DNA from: a virus
Lineage: Duplodnaviria > Caudoviricetes
Virus record (IMG/VR): IMGVR_UViG_3300042892_000699
Length of the DNA stretch: 64,000 nt
Strand: one strand, 5' to 3'
The notes under the pieces were generated by a model that made no database searches, was not told where the DNA came from, and saw only the letters and a program-made list of their open reading frames with translations. Both the position numbers and the translations under genes were made by a program. Shown piece after piece: positions 47,233 to 56,277 of this stretch (positions are counted from its first letter, which is position 1; the number at the start of each line of letters is the position of its first letter).

Positions 47233-48697
47233 AAAAGAAAAACCACAAAAACCCAATTATGACTTTGAAGTGCAAAAGCTGTACTTGGAAATGTTTCTAA
47301 GTGATGCTGAGACGTTTGTACGTTGTCAAAATATTTTTGATCCCAAAAACTTTGATCAGCGACTGCAAGAAAGTGCAGAGTTCATTACAAAATATGTAGA
47401 TGAATACAAGGTAATGCCCGAGGCCAATATCGTCAACGCATCTACAAGAAGTCAGTATAACCCAGTTGCATTGCCCAGAGAAAACTATGAATGGTTAATG
47501 AATGAGTTTGAAAACTTTAGCAGACACAAAGGACTAGAAAGGGCAATTATCGAGTCTAGTGATTTGTTAGAGTCCGGAGACTACGGTCCAGTTGAAAAAC
47601 TAATTAAGGATGCTATACAGATATCTCTAAACAAAGATATGGGTACAGATTACTTTGAAGATCCCAGAGCACGTCTGACTAAACTTAAAGATGGCAATGG
47701 GCAGATCAGCACAGGATGGCCCAGCATTGATAAGAAATTATACGGCGGATTTAACCGAGGTGAACTGAATATCTTCTGTGCTGGATCAGGTGGCGGCAAG
47801 AGTTTGTTCTTAGCCAACTTAGGAGTGAACTGGGCACTAGCTGGACTTAATGTCTTATATCTTACATTTGAATTAGCCGAAGGCCTCGTAGGTATGCGAC
47901 TCGATAGTATGATGACAGGTATTACAACTCGAGAGATCTTTAAGAACATCGACGACGTTGAACTCAAGGTCAAGATGTTGGGCAAGAAGAGTGGTAACTT
48001 ACAGGTTAAGTATATGCCATCGGGCAAGAACTGTAACGATATCCGTGCCTACTTGAAAGAGTATCAGGTCAAGAAAGGTTGCAAGCCCGACGTTATTCTA
48101 ATTGACTATTTGGACTTGATGATGCCGTTGAGTGTTAAAGTTAGCCCAAGTGACCTGTTCGTTAAGGACAAGTATGTGTCGGAAGAAATTCGTAACTTGG
48201 CTATGGAAACACAATGTATCACAGTCACAGCGTCACAGTTAAACCGTAGTGCTGTTGAAGAAATTGAGTTTGATCACAGCCACATCTCGGGCGGATTGAG
48301 TAAGATTATGACGGCGGATAATGTTATCGGTATCTTTACCAGTCGTGCTATGAAAGAACGTGGGCGGTATCAAATACAGTTTATGAAGACACGTAGTTCT
48401 AGTGGTGTTGGGCAAAAAGTTGATCTAGAGTTTAATGTAGATACATTGCGTATTAGCGACCTAGGTGAAGATGAGCAAGAAGGCAGTTTTAATCAGCAAC
48501 GGCAACAGGGTGGCGGAAGTAGTGTCTATGCAGGCCTAAAAAGGACCAGCACAGTGTCAACTACTACTGATCCCGAAACTGGAGAAATTATTCCAATTGA
48601 TCCTACAAAAGGTGTAGCTGTTAGTAAAAATAAACACGCCAAGGGTGTTGCCGACATTAGAAGTATGTTGGCTAATTTAAATCCTGAAAAAGATTAA
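47225..48697 (+). CDS. gp41: Replicative helicase (DnaB / T4 gp41-like)
   Basis: STGWPSIDKKLYGGFNRGELNIFCAGSGGGKSL, IDYLDLM, ASQLNR, HISGG.SK...ADNV, MKTR. Confidence 0.9.
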   Translation: MNKKEKPQKPNYDFEVQKLYLEMFLSDAETFVRCQNIFDPKNFDQRLQESAEFITKYVDEYKVMPEANIVNASTRSQYNPVALPRENYEWLMNEFENFSRHKGLERAIIESSDLLESGDYGPVEKLIKDAIQISLNKDMGTDYFEDPRARLTKLKDGNGQISTGWPSIDKKLYGGFNRGELNIFCAGSGGGKSLFLANLGVNWALAGLNVLYLTFELAEGLVGMRLDSMMTGITTREIFKNIDDVELKVKMLGKKSGNLQVKYMPSGKNCNDIRAYLKEYQVKKGCKPDVILIDYLDLMMPLSVKVSPSDLFVKDKYVSEEIRNLAMETQCITVTASQLNRSAVEEIEFDHSHISGGLSKIMTADNVIGIFTSRAMKERGRYQIQFMKTRSSSGVGQKVDLEFNVDTLRISDLGEDEQEGSFNQQRQQGGGSSVYAGLKRTSTVSTTTDPETGEIIPIDPTKGVAVSKNKHAKGVADIRSMLANLNPEKD

Positions 48698-49254
48698 AAC
48701 CAATTTGCAATTTGTAAACGACCTGATTCAGCTATAACTTTGTGCCACTGGTCAATATCATCTGATCCAAATACAGTTTCGACTTCAGCAGGAGCATAAC
48801 TCCATGAACTCCATGAATGCCAAGGTTCTTTTCCTGCAACTTCCCCTTCAATGTGTCCGGGCAACCAACGTGTAAATCCTGCAACTACTCTGAAATGTTC
48901 AGGACCTTCTCCCTTGCTTATTGCGGCAAGAACTGAAACATCATGACTTACTCCAATTCGATTTGTAACTTTAGTAGTGTTAGATGTATACCAGTCTAGA
49001 CTATGTATTACATGTATTCTATTAGTTGACTCTTGACCGCCGTTGTATAAAGGCTGGTCTTGATCTGTATGTAAGCCTACATTCTGCATTACAGTTTGAA
49101 ACGTGATATCATTTGTAAATGGTTTATTGATCTGGAGTCCTATAGCCCCGGTTGCATCATGATCTAATATTAGCAATACTCCTTTACGAAGAATCGGTTC
49201 CTGTCGTCTAGGATGAGCTGCTAAAAGATAACCTCTATAATTTTGTTCAATCAT
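48694..49254 (-). CDS. YqgE/AlgH (DUF179) family protein
   Basis: LLAAHP...LILDHDATGAIGLQINKP, LYNGG, VAGFTRWLPGHIEGE...W. Confidence 0.8.
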   Translation of the reverse strand: MIEQNYRGYLLAAHPRRQEPILRKGVLLILDHDATGAIGLQINKPFTNDITFQTVMQNVGLHTDQDQPLYNGGQESTNRIHVIHSLDWYTSNTTKVTNRIGVSHDVSVLAAISKGEGPEHFRVVAGFTRWLPGHIEGEVAGKEPWHSWSSWSYAPAEVETVFGSDDIDQWHKVIAESGRLQIANWF

Positions 49255-49283
49255 AATAATATTTAATCAATAAATAATATTCT
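49255..49283. promoter_or_regulatory. Back-to-back late promoters (TATTTA 49260-49265 minus; TAAATA 49271-49276 plus)
   Basis: 29-bp divergent intergenic, with motifs 5 and 7 nt from the ATGs. Confidence 0.55.
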
Positions 49284-49976
49284 ATGCGAATGATTGAATT
49301 TACCAAGGGCTACGAGGAACATGATCGATTAAATCCCAAACTATGGGATGGTATACAACTGCGCCCCGAAGTTAAAGTTAAGCTGTTACAGATTGCAGAA
49401 AAATTTAGAGAATTTATAGATATCGATGTTCCTGTTATCGATGTACAAATAACCGGAGGTCAAGTCACTTATCACTATACCGAGCAAAGCGATCTTGATC
49501 TGCATCTAATTATAGACTATGGTAAAATACAGTGTGATCAAGAAGTGGAAGAATTGTTGGACACTAAACGATTACTGTTTAAAGAAAAATTTCAAATCAA
49601 TATCAGAGGTATTCCTGTAGAGCCCGGAACAGAAGATCAAACTCGTCCGACTGTAAGTTCAGCGTGGAGTCTTAAAACTAATAGCTGGATACGCGAGCCA
49701 AAGAACTATAGTGGCAAAATAGACCGTAAAAGCATCGAAAAGCAGTACGAGTACTGGGATAATTTAATCAGGTATGTTTTGAATCAAAACGACTTCGAAA
49801 TGGCTCAAAAAGTTCTAAAATTATTACGAAAATACCGCAAAATAGGTCTAAAACAGACCGGAGAATACGGGATAGAAAATTTAGTATATAAGAGCTTACG
49901 TAACAGTAAATCATTAGAAAAGCTAGTATCTTATATAGATCAGACATTTGATAAAAATTTAAGCATCAATAAGTAA
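49284..49976 (+). CDS. Pol-beta-superfamily nucleotidyltransferase
   Basis: ITGGQVTYHYTEQSDLDLHL fits hG[GS]x9-13DhDh; C-terminal helical region with GEYGIENLVYKSLR. Confidence 0.65.
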   Translation: MRMIEFTKGYEEHDRLNPKLWDGIQLRPEVKVKLLQIAEKFREFIDIDVPVIDVQITGGQVTYHYTEQSDLDLHLIIDYGKIQCDQEVEELLDTKRLLFKEKFQINIRGIPVEPGTEDQTRPTVSSAWSLKTNSWIREPKNYSGKIDRKSIEKQYEYWDNLIRYVLNQNDFEMAQKVLKLLRKYRKIGLKQTGEYGIENLVYKSLRNSKSLEKLVSYIDQTFDKNLSINK

Positions 49977-49993
49977 ACTTTTATAAAGAATCA

Positions 49994-50018
49994 AAAGGAG
50001 CCTGAGGGTTCCTTTCTT
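49994..50018 (+). terminator. Probable Rho-independent terminator
   Basis: AAAGGAGCC-TGAG-GGTTCCTTT plus T-rich tail. Confidence 0.6.
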
Positions 50019-50054
50019 GTTTGTAAATATCAACAACATTTACACAGGATAAAA

Positions 50055-50654
50055 ATGACCTTAGAAGAAATGATCCGTAAAACTGGCAAGCGCCAGGACT
50101 CATTCCAAATAATGATAGAGCATTTAAAAACTTGTGAAGAACCATTAATAATTGAAACAGGATGCGCTCGTCCTCCACATAAAGAGTGGGGAAGCGAAGA
50201 CGTAAGTTTTAAAGATGAAGGATTCAGCACAAGAATTTTTGATGCATTCATTAATCAAAGCGGCGGTGAATTACACTCCGTTGACATCAATCCAGAACAC
50301 GTAGAATATGCACTTACTCAAGTAAGCGATCGAGTACAAATCCATTGCAGTGACAGCGTTGAATTTCTCTGGCAAGCAAATCAGAACTTAACTGAAACAG
50401 AGAACTATGTAGATCTGTTATACTTAGATAGTTATGATTACGAACCAGAAGACCCATGGCCCAGTGCTGCACATCACATTAAAGAACTTGCGGCAATTAT
50501 GTCTAGACTGCGGCCTGGTTCACTTGTTGCTGTAGATGATAATTTTATTGTCAATGGGCAACGTCAAGGCAAAGGTGCATACATTTATGATTTTATGCAG
50601 AGCATCGGCAAACCTTTAGTACATGAAGGTTATCAATACATTTGGAGATTTTAA
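50055..50654 (+). CDS. Class I SAM-dependent methyltransferase
   Basis: IIETG, SVDIN, DSVEFL, DLLYLDS, AVDD motifs. Confidence 0.75.
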   Translation: MTLEEMIRKTGKRQDSFQIMIEHLKTCEEPLIIETGCARPPHKEWGSEDVSFKDEGFSTRIFDAFINQSGGELHSVDINPEHVEYALTQVSDRVQIHCSDSVEFLWQANQNLTETENYVDLLYLDSYDYEPEDPWPSAAHHIKELAAIMSRLRPGSLVAVDDNFIVNGQRQGKGAYIYDFMQSIGKPLVHEGYQYIWRF

Positions 50655-51490
50655 TGAAAGTATATGATTGTTTTCCATTCTTTAACGAATTAGACGTTTT
50701 AGAAATTCGATTGAAAGAACTGTGGGACGTAGTTGACGTATTTGTTTTAGCAGAATCAAATCTAAGTCACAGCGGTAAACCCAAAGAATATATCTTTGAA
50801 AATAACAAAGAGAGATTTAGTCAGTGGATGAGTAAGATTCGTCATATAAAAGTAGAAGACATGCCCGAGACTGAAGACTCGTGGGTCCGTGAACGTTTCC
50901 AGCGGGTTTGTCTTGACCGAGGCCTATATGATATGGAACCCGAAGACATTGTTATTGTCAGTGACTGTGACGAAATTACTCGTGCTGAGATCGTTACTTT
51001 GATAAAAGAAGATGAGAATAATTATGACAAATACATCTTGAACATTCCGCAATTTCAATATAAACTAAACTACATGAAAGTTTATAACGTTTCAAAAAAT
51101 GCCAACATCATGGTAACAAGAGGTCGTTGTTATTCAAACGCACAACAAGAAAGAGAATGGACATTCTTTTGGAACGCAAAGCCAGAAAACACAGTATTTG
51201 TGGATCATGGCGGCTGGCATTTCACTTACCTAGGTGATGATCAACATGCGATTACCAAAATTCAAAACTTTGCTCACACAGAAACTGATACACCTGATAT
51301 GATCAAGCGTCACAATATCAAATGGTTTATACAAAACAAATACGGACATCATGGTCCCAATGACAGCGAAAGATATGAGTGGGTTCAACTAGATGATTAC
51401 TTTCCCGAATGTGTTACTAGTAATGTTGAACAATACAAAGATATGATTTTAGAAGGCGCAGTATTACGTGCCACAGATATGTATAGATAA
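50654..51490 (+). CDS. GT17-like (beta-1,4-N-acetylglucosaminyltransferase-type) glycosyltransferase
   Basis: VYDCFPFFNELDVLEIRL.EL...VD.FV..ES...SG.PK, W.RE.FQR, SDCDEI, GGWHFTY; start at 50654 (TAATG). Confidence 0.8.
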   Translation: MKVYDCFPFFNELDVLEIRLKELWDVVDVFVLAESNLSHSGKPKEYIFENNKERFSQWMSKIRHIKVEDMPETEDSWVRERFQRVCLDRGLYDMEPEDIVIVSDCDEITRAEIVTLIKEDENNYDKYILNIPQFQYKLNYMKVYNVSKNANIMVTRGRCYSNAQQEREWTFFWNAKPENTVFVDHGGWHFTYLGDDQHAITKIQNFAHTETDTPDMIKRHNIKWFIQNKYGHHGPNDSERYEWVQLDDYFPECVTSNVEQYKDMILEGAVLRATDMYR

Positions 51491-51500
51491 GAAAGAAATT

Positions 51501-52277
51501 ATGACAACATTTTCACATTCAGGTACCATGGGCGACACATTGTGTAGCATGGTTGCAGTTAAAATATTAGGCGGTGGTGATGTTTACCTTCGTCTAGGTA
51601 ATCTTAAAAAAATGATTCAAGAAAAGTTAGGGTGGCCTGATGCAGGACGTCACAACGATAAGATGAGACAAGTAGACTTTGATCAAATGGAAGAGTTTAT
51701 GTTGCATCAACCGTACATTAATAGTTTTAAAGTATGGAACGGTGAAGATATTGATTACGAACTTGAAGATGCAGCATTGCATTTAGAGACAGGTTTCTTA
51801 CCTCGTAATTTTAGTAATCAACATGCACTAGCCAATGGCATTGATCACAAATATCATTTCAGACAACTTCAAATAGATCCATGGATGGAATGTCGTAATC
51901 CTATTAAGATTCCAGGACGTCCTATTGTAGTCCATCGTAACATGAATTACCAAGACGGAAATGAAAAAGACAGCAAAACATGGCAAAACGTTTGTCAAAG
52001 AGGATTAACTGACCAGGGCGTATTTGTGGGCAGTGAAGAAGAACATGCGGCCTTTGAAGAAATATTCAAAGTATGGGTACCTCATTATAGAACAGAAAAC
52101 CTAATGGAACTTGCTCGAGTTATTCAAGGCAGCGAATACTTTGTTACCAGCATGGGCGGTCCTAGTGCAGTTGCACTGGCGTTGGGTAAGACTATGATGT
52201 TAGAAGTTCGTAAAAACGAACCATTCGAACGTTTAGAAATCAACTATCCTTTTAGATTAAACATTCAATATTTCTAA
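51501..52277 (+). CDS. GT9-like (ADP-heptose heptosyltransferase-like, GT-B fold) glycosyltransferase
   Basis: N-terminal SGTMGDTL; C-terminal LMELARVIQGSEYFVTSMGGPSAVALALGK, compare GT9 L.elaali..a..f.g.DSGp.HlA.A.g. Confidence 0.55.
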   Translation: MTTFSHSGTMGDTLCSMVAVKILGGGDVYLRLGNLKKMIQEKLGWPDAGRHNDKMRQVDFDQMEEFMLHQPYINSFKVWNGEDIDYELEDAALHLETGFLPRNFSNQHALANGIDHKYHFRQLQIDPWMECRNPIKIPGRPIVVHRNMNYQDGNEKDSKTWQNVCQRGLTDQGVFVGSEEEHAAFEEIFKVWVPHYRTENLMELARVIQGSEYFVTSMGGPSAVALALGKTMMLEVRKNEPFERLEINYPFRLNIQYF

Positions 52278-52278
52278 A

Positions 52279-53025
52279 ATGCGTGTAGCCTTAATCAGTG
52301 GCGGTCATCCTAGATTTACCGGAGACTTTATTGCCTTAATGCATCAGTTAACTGGCTTTGAGTCTGCGGATCTCTATCTAAATTTTTGGAACAGTAACTG
52401 GGCTTCAACTGAAGCAGAAGGCAGTGCTAGAATAGAATCAGTGTTATTGCCAAACTATCGTTTAGCAAAATTAAAAATAACAGAACAACCCGCATGGGAA
52501 CTTCCTCCACACACATTGCCTCATCCTCCTGCTACACCCGAAAATATTCGTTGGTGGTATCAACGTAGGATAGGCATGTGGCAATCCTTGTACATGGCTT
52601 TTGATTTAATCGATCAAGATTATGATCTTGTGATTAGATTTAGACCAGACGGTATGATTAACACAGTACTTGATTTAAGATCTTTAAATGTACAAGATGA
52701 TATTGTTATACCTAAGAACGGTTGTGGATGGAATCACTGGCCCGTTAATGATCAATTTGCCGTCGGAACTTACAACAGTATGAAATTGTACACTGATATA
52801 GGTAGACAATATAATAAGTTGGTAGTAGAATCAGATCCACAATGGGAACACAACGGACACGGAAACTGGTCAGGAGAACACATACTTGGCCACTATATAA
52901 ATAAAAATAATATAAAATATAGATTAGAAAACTTTGATCACGTCTTAACCACAAGAGGTCGTTCTAAGTTTACTGACAAACATTATCACTTGCCTGTTAC
53001 GCAAGATCCAACAACCACATTATGA
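52279..53025 (+). CDS. Putative glycosyltransferase (xAhhhSGxPRF...YDLVIRxRPD family), paralog 1
   Basis: MRVALISGGHPRF, YDLVIRFRPD, NDQFAVG, E..L..Y. Confidence 0.55.
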   Translation: MRVALISGGHPRFTGDFIALMHQLTGFESADLYLNFWNSNWASTEAEGSARIESVLLPNYRLAKLKITEQPAWELPPHTLPHPPATPENIRWWYQRRIGMWQSLYMAFDLIDQDYDLVIRFRPDGMINTVLDLRSLNVQDDIVIPKNGCGWNHWPVNDQFAVGTYNSMKLYTDIGRQYNKLVVESDPQWEHNGHGNWSGEHILGHYINKNNIKYRLENFDHVLTTRGRSKFTDKHYHLPVTQDPTTTL

Positions 53026-54398
53026 ATAAACTTGTAATCTTTGACTTAGACGGCGTACTGATAGAAAGTAGAGAACTACACTATCATAGTCTAAATGCCG
53101 CATTAGAATCTATTGATAAAAAATATATAATCAATAGAGACGAACACCTTAGTGTATATGACGGACTCAATACCACTAAGAAATTAAAACTATTATCCGA
53201 AACAAAAGGTTTGCCCACAGAGTTTCATGATCTTATTTGGCGGAAGAAACAAGAAGCAACATTTGATCTAATTCGTAAATTTGATTTTGATTACAAATTG
53301 ATCGATATATTTGTTAAACTGAAAAAGCAAGGTTATCTAATTGCAGTGGCCAGTAATAGCATACGTGAAACTGTTAAGTTAAGTTTGCTTAAAATAGGAG
53401 TCATGGAATATGTTGATTGCTATGTAAGCAATCAGGATGTTACTTTACCTAAACCGTATCCAGAGATGTACTGGCAATGTATGACCATGTGTAATGCACT
53501 GCCCCGCAATACATTGATCATCGAAGACAGTCACATTGGTAGACAAGGTGCATTGGACAGTGGTGGAAACTTACTGGCTGTAGAAGACTCACACGATGTG
53601 ACCTGGTCAAAAATTAATAATAAATTATCACATATGAACTCACAAACAATTAAAAATAACATTCCTTGGAAAGACAGTAAACTAAATGTTTTGATCCCTA
53701 TGGCAGGCGCAGGCAGTAGATTTGCACAGATGGGTTACACATTTCCAAAACCACTGATCGAAGTCAACGGCAAGCCCATGATTCAAGTGGTGGTAGAAAA
53801 TTTAAACATTGAAGCACACTTTATTTTCATTGTACAAAAAGAACACTATGAAAAATATAACCTCAAATATCTGCTCAACTTAATTGCACCGGGCTGTGAC
53901 ATTGTGCAGGTTGAAGGTGTAACTGAAGGTGCAGCCTGTAGCACACTACTGGCCAAAGAATATATCAATACTGATGCTCCATTAGTTATGGCCAACAGTG
54001 ACCAGTATGTTGAGTGGAACAGTAACGAATGTATGTATGCGTTTACCGCAGATGAGATTGATGGAGGTATCGTTACATTTGAAGCAAGTCATCCCAAATG
54101 GAGTTACGCTAAACTAGGTGATGATGGTTTTGTTAGCGAAGTAGCAGAAAAGAAAGTCATCAGTAATGAAGCTACAGTAGGCATATACTATTGGAAGAAA
54201 GGTAGTGACTACGTTAAGTATGCAGAAGATATGATTGCAAAAGACATTCGTGTTAACAATGAGTTTTATGTTTGCCCTGTATTCAACCAGGCTATTGAAG
54301 CAGGTAAGAAAATTAAAGTTAAGAAAATTCAAAAGATGTGGGGTATAGGCACTCCGGAAGATCTAAATCATTTCTTAGCAAATCATAAAGAAGATTAA
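53022..54398 (+). CDS. HAD phosphatase fused to a sugar-nucleotidyltransferase-like domain
   Basis: FDLDGVL, VASNS, PKPYPE, IEDS.IG; then IPMAGAGSRF...PKPLI, T.GAA.S.L, FYVCPVFN, GTPEDL. Confidence 0.85.
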   Translation: MNKLVIFDLDGVLIESRELHYHSLNAALESIDKKYIINRDEHLSVYDGLNTTKKLKLLSETKGLPTEFHDLIWRKKQEATFDLIRKFDFDYKLIDIFVKLKKQGYLIAVASNSIRETVKLSLLKIGVMEYVDCYVSNQDVTLPKPYPEMYWQCMTMCNALPRNTLIIEDSHIGRQGALDSGGNLLAVEDSHDVTWSKINNKLSHMNSQTIKNNIPWKDSKLNVLIPMAGAGSRFAQMGYTFPKPLIEVNGKPMIQVVVENLNIEAHFIFIVQKEHYEKYNLKYLLNLIAPGCDIVQVEGVTEGAACSTLLAKEYINTDAPLVMANSDQYVEWNSNECMYAFTADEIDGGIVTFEASHPKWSYAKLGDDGFVSEVAEKKVISNEATVGIYYWKKGSDYVKYAEDMIAKDIRVNNEFYVCPVFNQAIEAGKKIKVKKIQKMWGIGTPEDLNHFLANHKED

Positions 54399-54401
54399 AG
54401 T

Positions 54402-55082
54402 ATGAGCAAATATATTCTATTTGACATCGGTGCAAATCAGGGTCAAGACAGTTTAGACAGAACACGTAACGACACCTCAGTAGAGACCTGGGCATTTGAA
54501 CCTATTCCCGAATTGTTTAGTAGAATAGACACTGCAAGAAAAAATGGGTACACATGGCAATTTTATCATCGTGCTGAACCAGCTGGCGTTAGCTACGAAG
54601 ATCGTTATCATGTATTTCCTTTGGCAATTAGTGACTATGACGGTGAGTCAACATTTTATGTTGCCGATCGTGATCCAGTAGGTGACTGGGGCGCTAGCAG
54701 TCTATATCCATTTGTTGACGAAGTAAGTCAGACCTGGCCCGGGCGGCGAGACCTAGTTACCACAAGAACTGTCACAGTCAAAGTTTCTAGATTTGATACG
54801 TGGTATAAATCACAGGGCCTGAACTTGGAAAAGATCGATTACTTTCATTGTGATACACAGGGCAGTGACCTACGTGTGCTCAAAGGCATGGGCGACTATG
54901 TACGCCTAATTCAAGAAGGTGTTGTGGAATGTGCTCGGGATGAAGCAGGGAAACTCTACAAAGAAAACCACACAGTGGCCGAGATGAAAGATTTCCTTTC
55001 TGAACATGGATTTGCTGTGTTTCACGAACAATCAAACGACCAGTGGTCAAATGAACTCAACTTATATTTTAGAAAGAAATGA
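54402..55082 (+). CDS. FkbM-family methyltransferase
   Basis: FDIGAN.G, AFEP.P, AISDYDG, ID..H.DTQGSDL.VL.G. Confidence 0.8.
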   Translation: MSKYILFDIGANQGQDSLDRTRNDTSVETWAFEPIPELFSRIDTARKNGYTWQFYHRAEPAGVSYEDRYHVFPLAISDYDGESTFYVADRDPVGDWGASSLYPFVDEVSQTWPGRRDLVTTRTVTVKVSRFDTWYKSQGLNLEKIDYFHCDTQGSDLRVLKGMGDYVRLIQEGVVECARDEAGKLYKENHTVAEMKDFLSEHGFAVFHEQSNDQWSNELNLYFRKK

Positions 55083-55528
55083 AACTGATAGCACATCGTG
55101 GACTGATCAATGGTCCTAACCGTTCATTAGAAAATCAACCACAGCAGATTAAAAATAGTCTAGCTCTGGGCTACGATTGTGAAATTGACCTATGGGTATT
55201 TGACGGCAGACTTTATCTAGGACACGATGGTCCACAGTACAACATTACTAGAGAATTTTTAGATCAACCGGGTCTGTGGATACACGCCAAACACATAGAC
55301 GCACTTGACTGGTTGTTGGGCAAAGATTTGAATTATTTCTGGCATCAAGAAGATCATTACACACTGACCAGTAAAAACTACATTTGGGCCTATCCAGGAT
55401 ATCCTGTAACTGGGAGAAGTGTACAGGTCATGCCCGAAACTGCGGATCCCACACTGAGTAATCTAGACTGGAAATGTCATGCTATATGCAGTGACTGGAT
55501 TCTAAAGATTCAAGCCCAGCGCCCGTAA
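55079..55528 (+). CDS. Glycerophosphodiester phosphodiesterase-like (short)
   Basis: LIAHRG...EN......L..GYDCEIDLW...LYLGHD, WIHAK, ICSDW. Confidence 0.7.
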   Translation: MKLIAHRGLINGPNRSLENQPQQIKNSLALGYDCEIDLWVFDGRLYLGHDGPQYNITREFLDQPGLWIHAKHIDALDWLLGKDLNYFWHQEDHYTLTSKNYIWAYPGYPVTGRSVQVMPETADPTLSNLDWKCHAICSDWILKIQAQRP

Positions 55529-56277
55529 TCGCTACGGTAAGCATCTCGTTCAACAGCGCCAAACTTACGCAACACTACTTCATAGCTGTCTTTATTATGG
55601 TTAGTCAGTCCCTGTGCTGCTATGTGAAATGCCAACATGGTTTCTGGATGATAGATCAAACCTAGTTTATGATGATACTCAACTATGTACTGAGCTAGAT
55701 CACAGTAAGTGGACATTGCACTGCTCTGCCCCAGTGCCATCATGTCGTTGGTCTTGTGCCCATAGCCGTGTACTTCATTGCTGGGAGTGATAACAGTTTG
55801 AGGATTTTGTTTTAGATATTCTAGACAATGTTCTAGATCCAAGGGTGCAGCCAAGCCTAGATCCGGGCGTGTGCGTATGACCAAATCATAGGACTGACCC
55901 GTGGCCTGTTCATGTGCTCGTCGCTGTAGATCACATTCCCTTACGCTGGTATACATGCCCCACATTCGTTCCACGCTGGTTTCCCCTGCTTTGTGGTGTA
56001 CCCGAGGCGGAGGATAACTGCTTCGATTCTCTATGCTTAGATTAATCAACTGGTGCCCTGCAGGCAGATAGCTGTTCAAGCGACTGTGTGCTGTTTCATA
56101 TTCCATGTGACGCCAACTGGGCGCTACAACATCTACTCCACGATGTTCTTCACATTGACTGTCCTGCCACAGCCAAACAAACCAGTCCACTGTGGTATAG
56201 CCCCGGAGATTTTCCAGAAGCAGATCGAATTCTCTACAGAATCTAGGTTCTCCGGGTAATAACAATGCTACTCTCAT
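55510..56277 (-). CDS. Putative glycosyltransferase, paralog 2
   Basis: MRVALLLPGEPRF, YDLVIRTRPD, NDMMALG, HPETML; ATGA overlap gives start 56277. Confidence 0.55.
   Translation of the reverse strand: MRVALLLPGEPRFCREFDLLLENLRGYTTVDWFVWLWQDSQCEEHRGVDVVAPSWRHMEYETAHSRLNSYLPAGHQLINLSIENRSSYPPPRVHHKAGETSVERMWGMYTSVRECDLQRRAHEQATGQSYDLVIRTRPDLGLAAPLDLEHCLEYLKQNPQTVITPSNEVHGYGHKTNDMMALGQSSAMSTYCDLAQYIVEYHHKLGLIYHPETMLAFHIAAQGLTNHNKDSYEVVLRKFGAVERDAYRSDYGRWA

Noticed and set aside
28124-48697. Inteins, introns or homing endonucleases in terminase, UvsX, UvsW or helicase
   Set aside because: Lengths are ordinary and the motifs are contiguous; no intein splice motifs or LAGLIDADG blocks were seen
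53022-53700. HAD domain as the missing GmhB heptose-bisphosphate phosphatase
   Set aside because: The motif is DLDGV (beta-PGM-like), not DRDG with the GmhB Cys-x-His/Cys zinc motif
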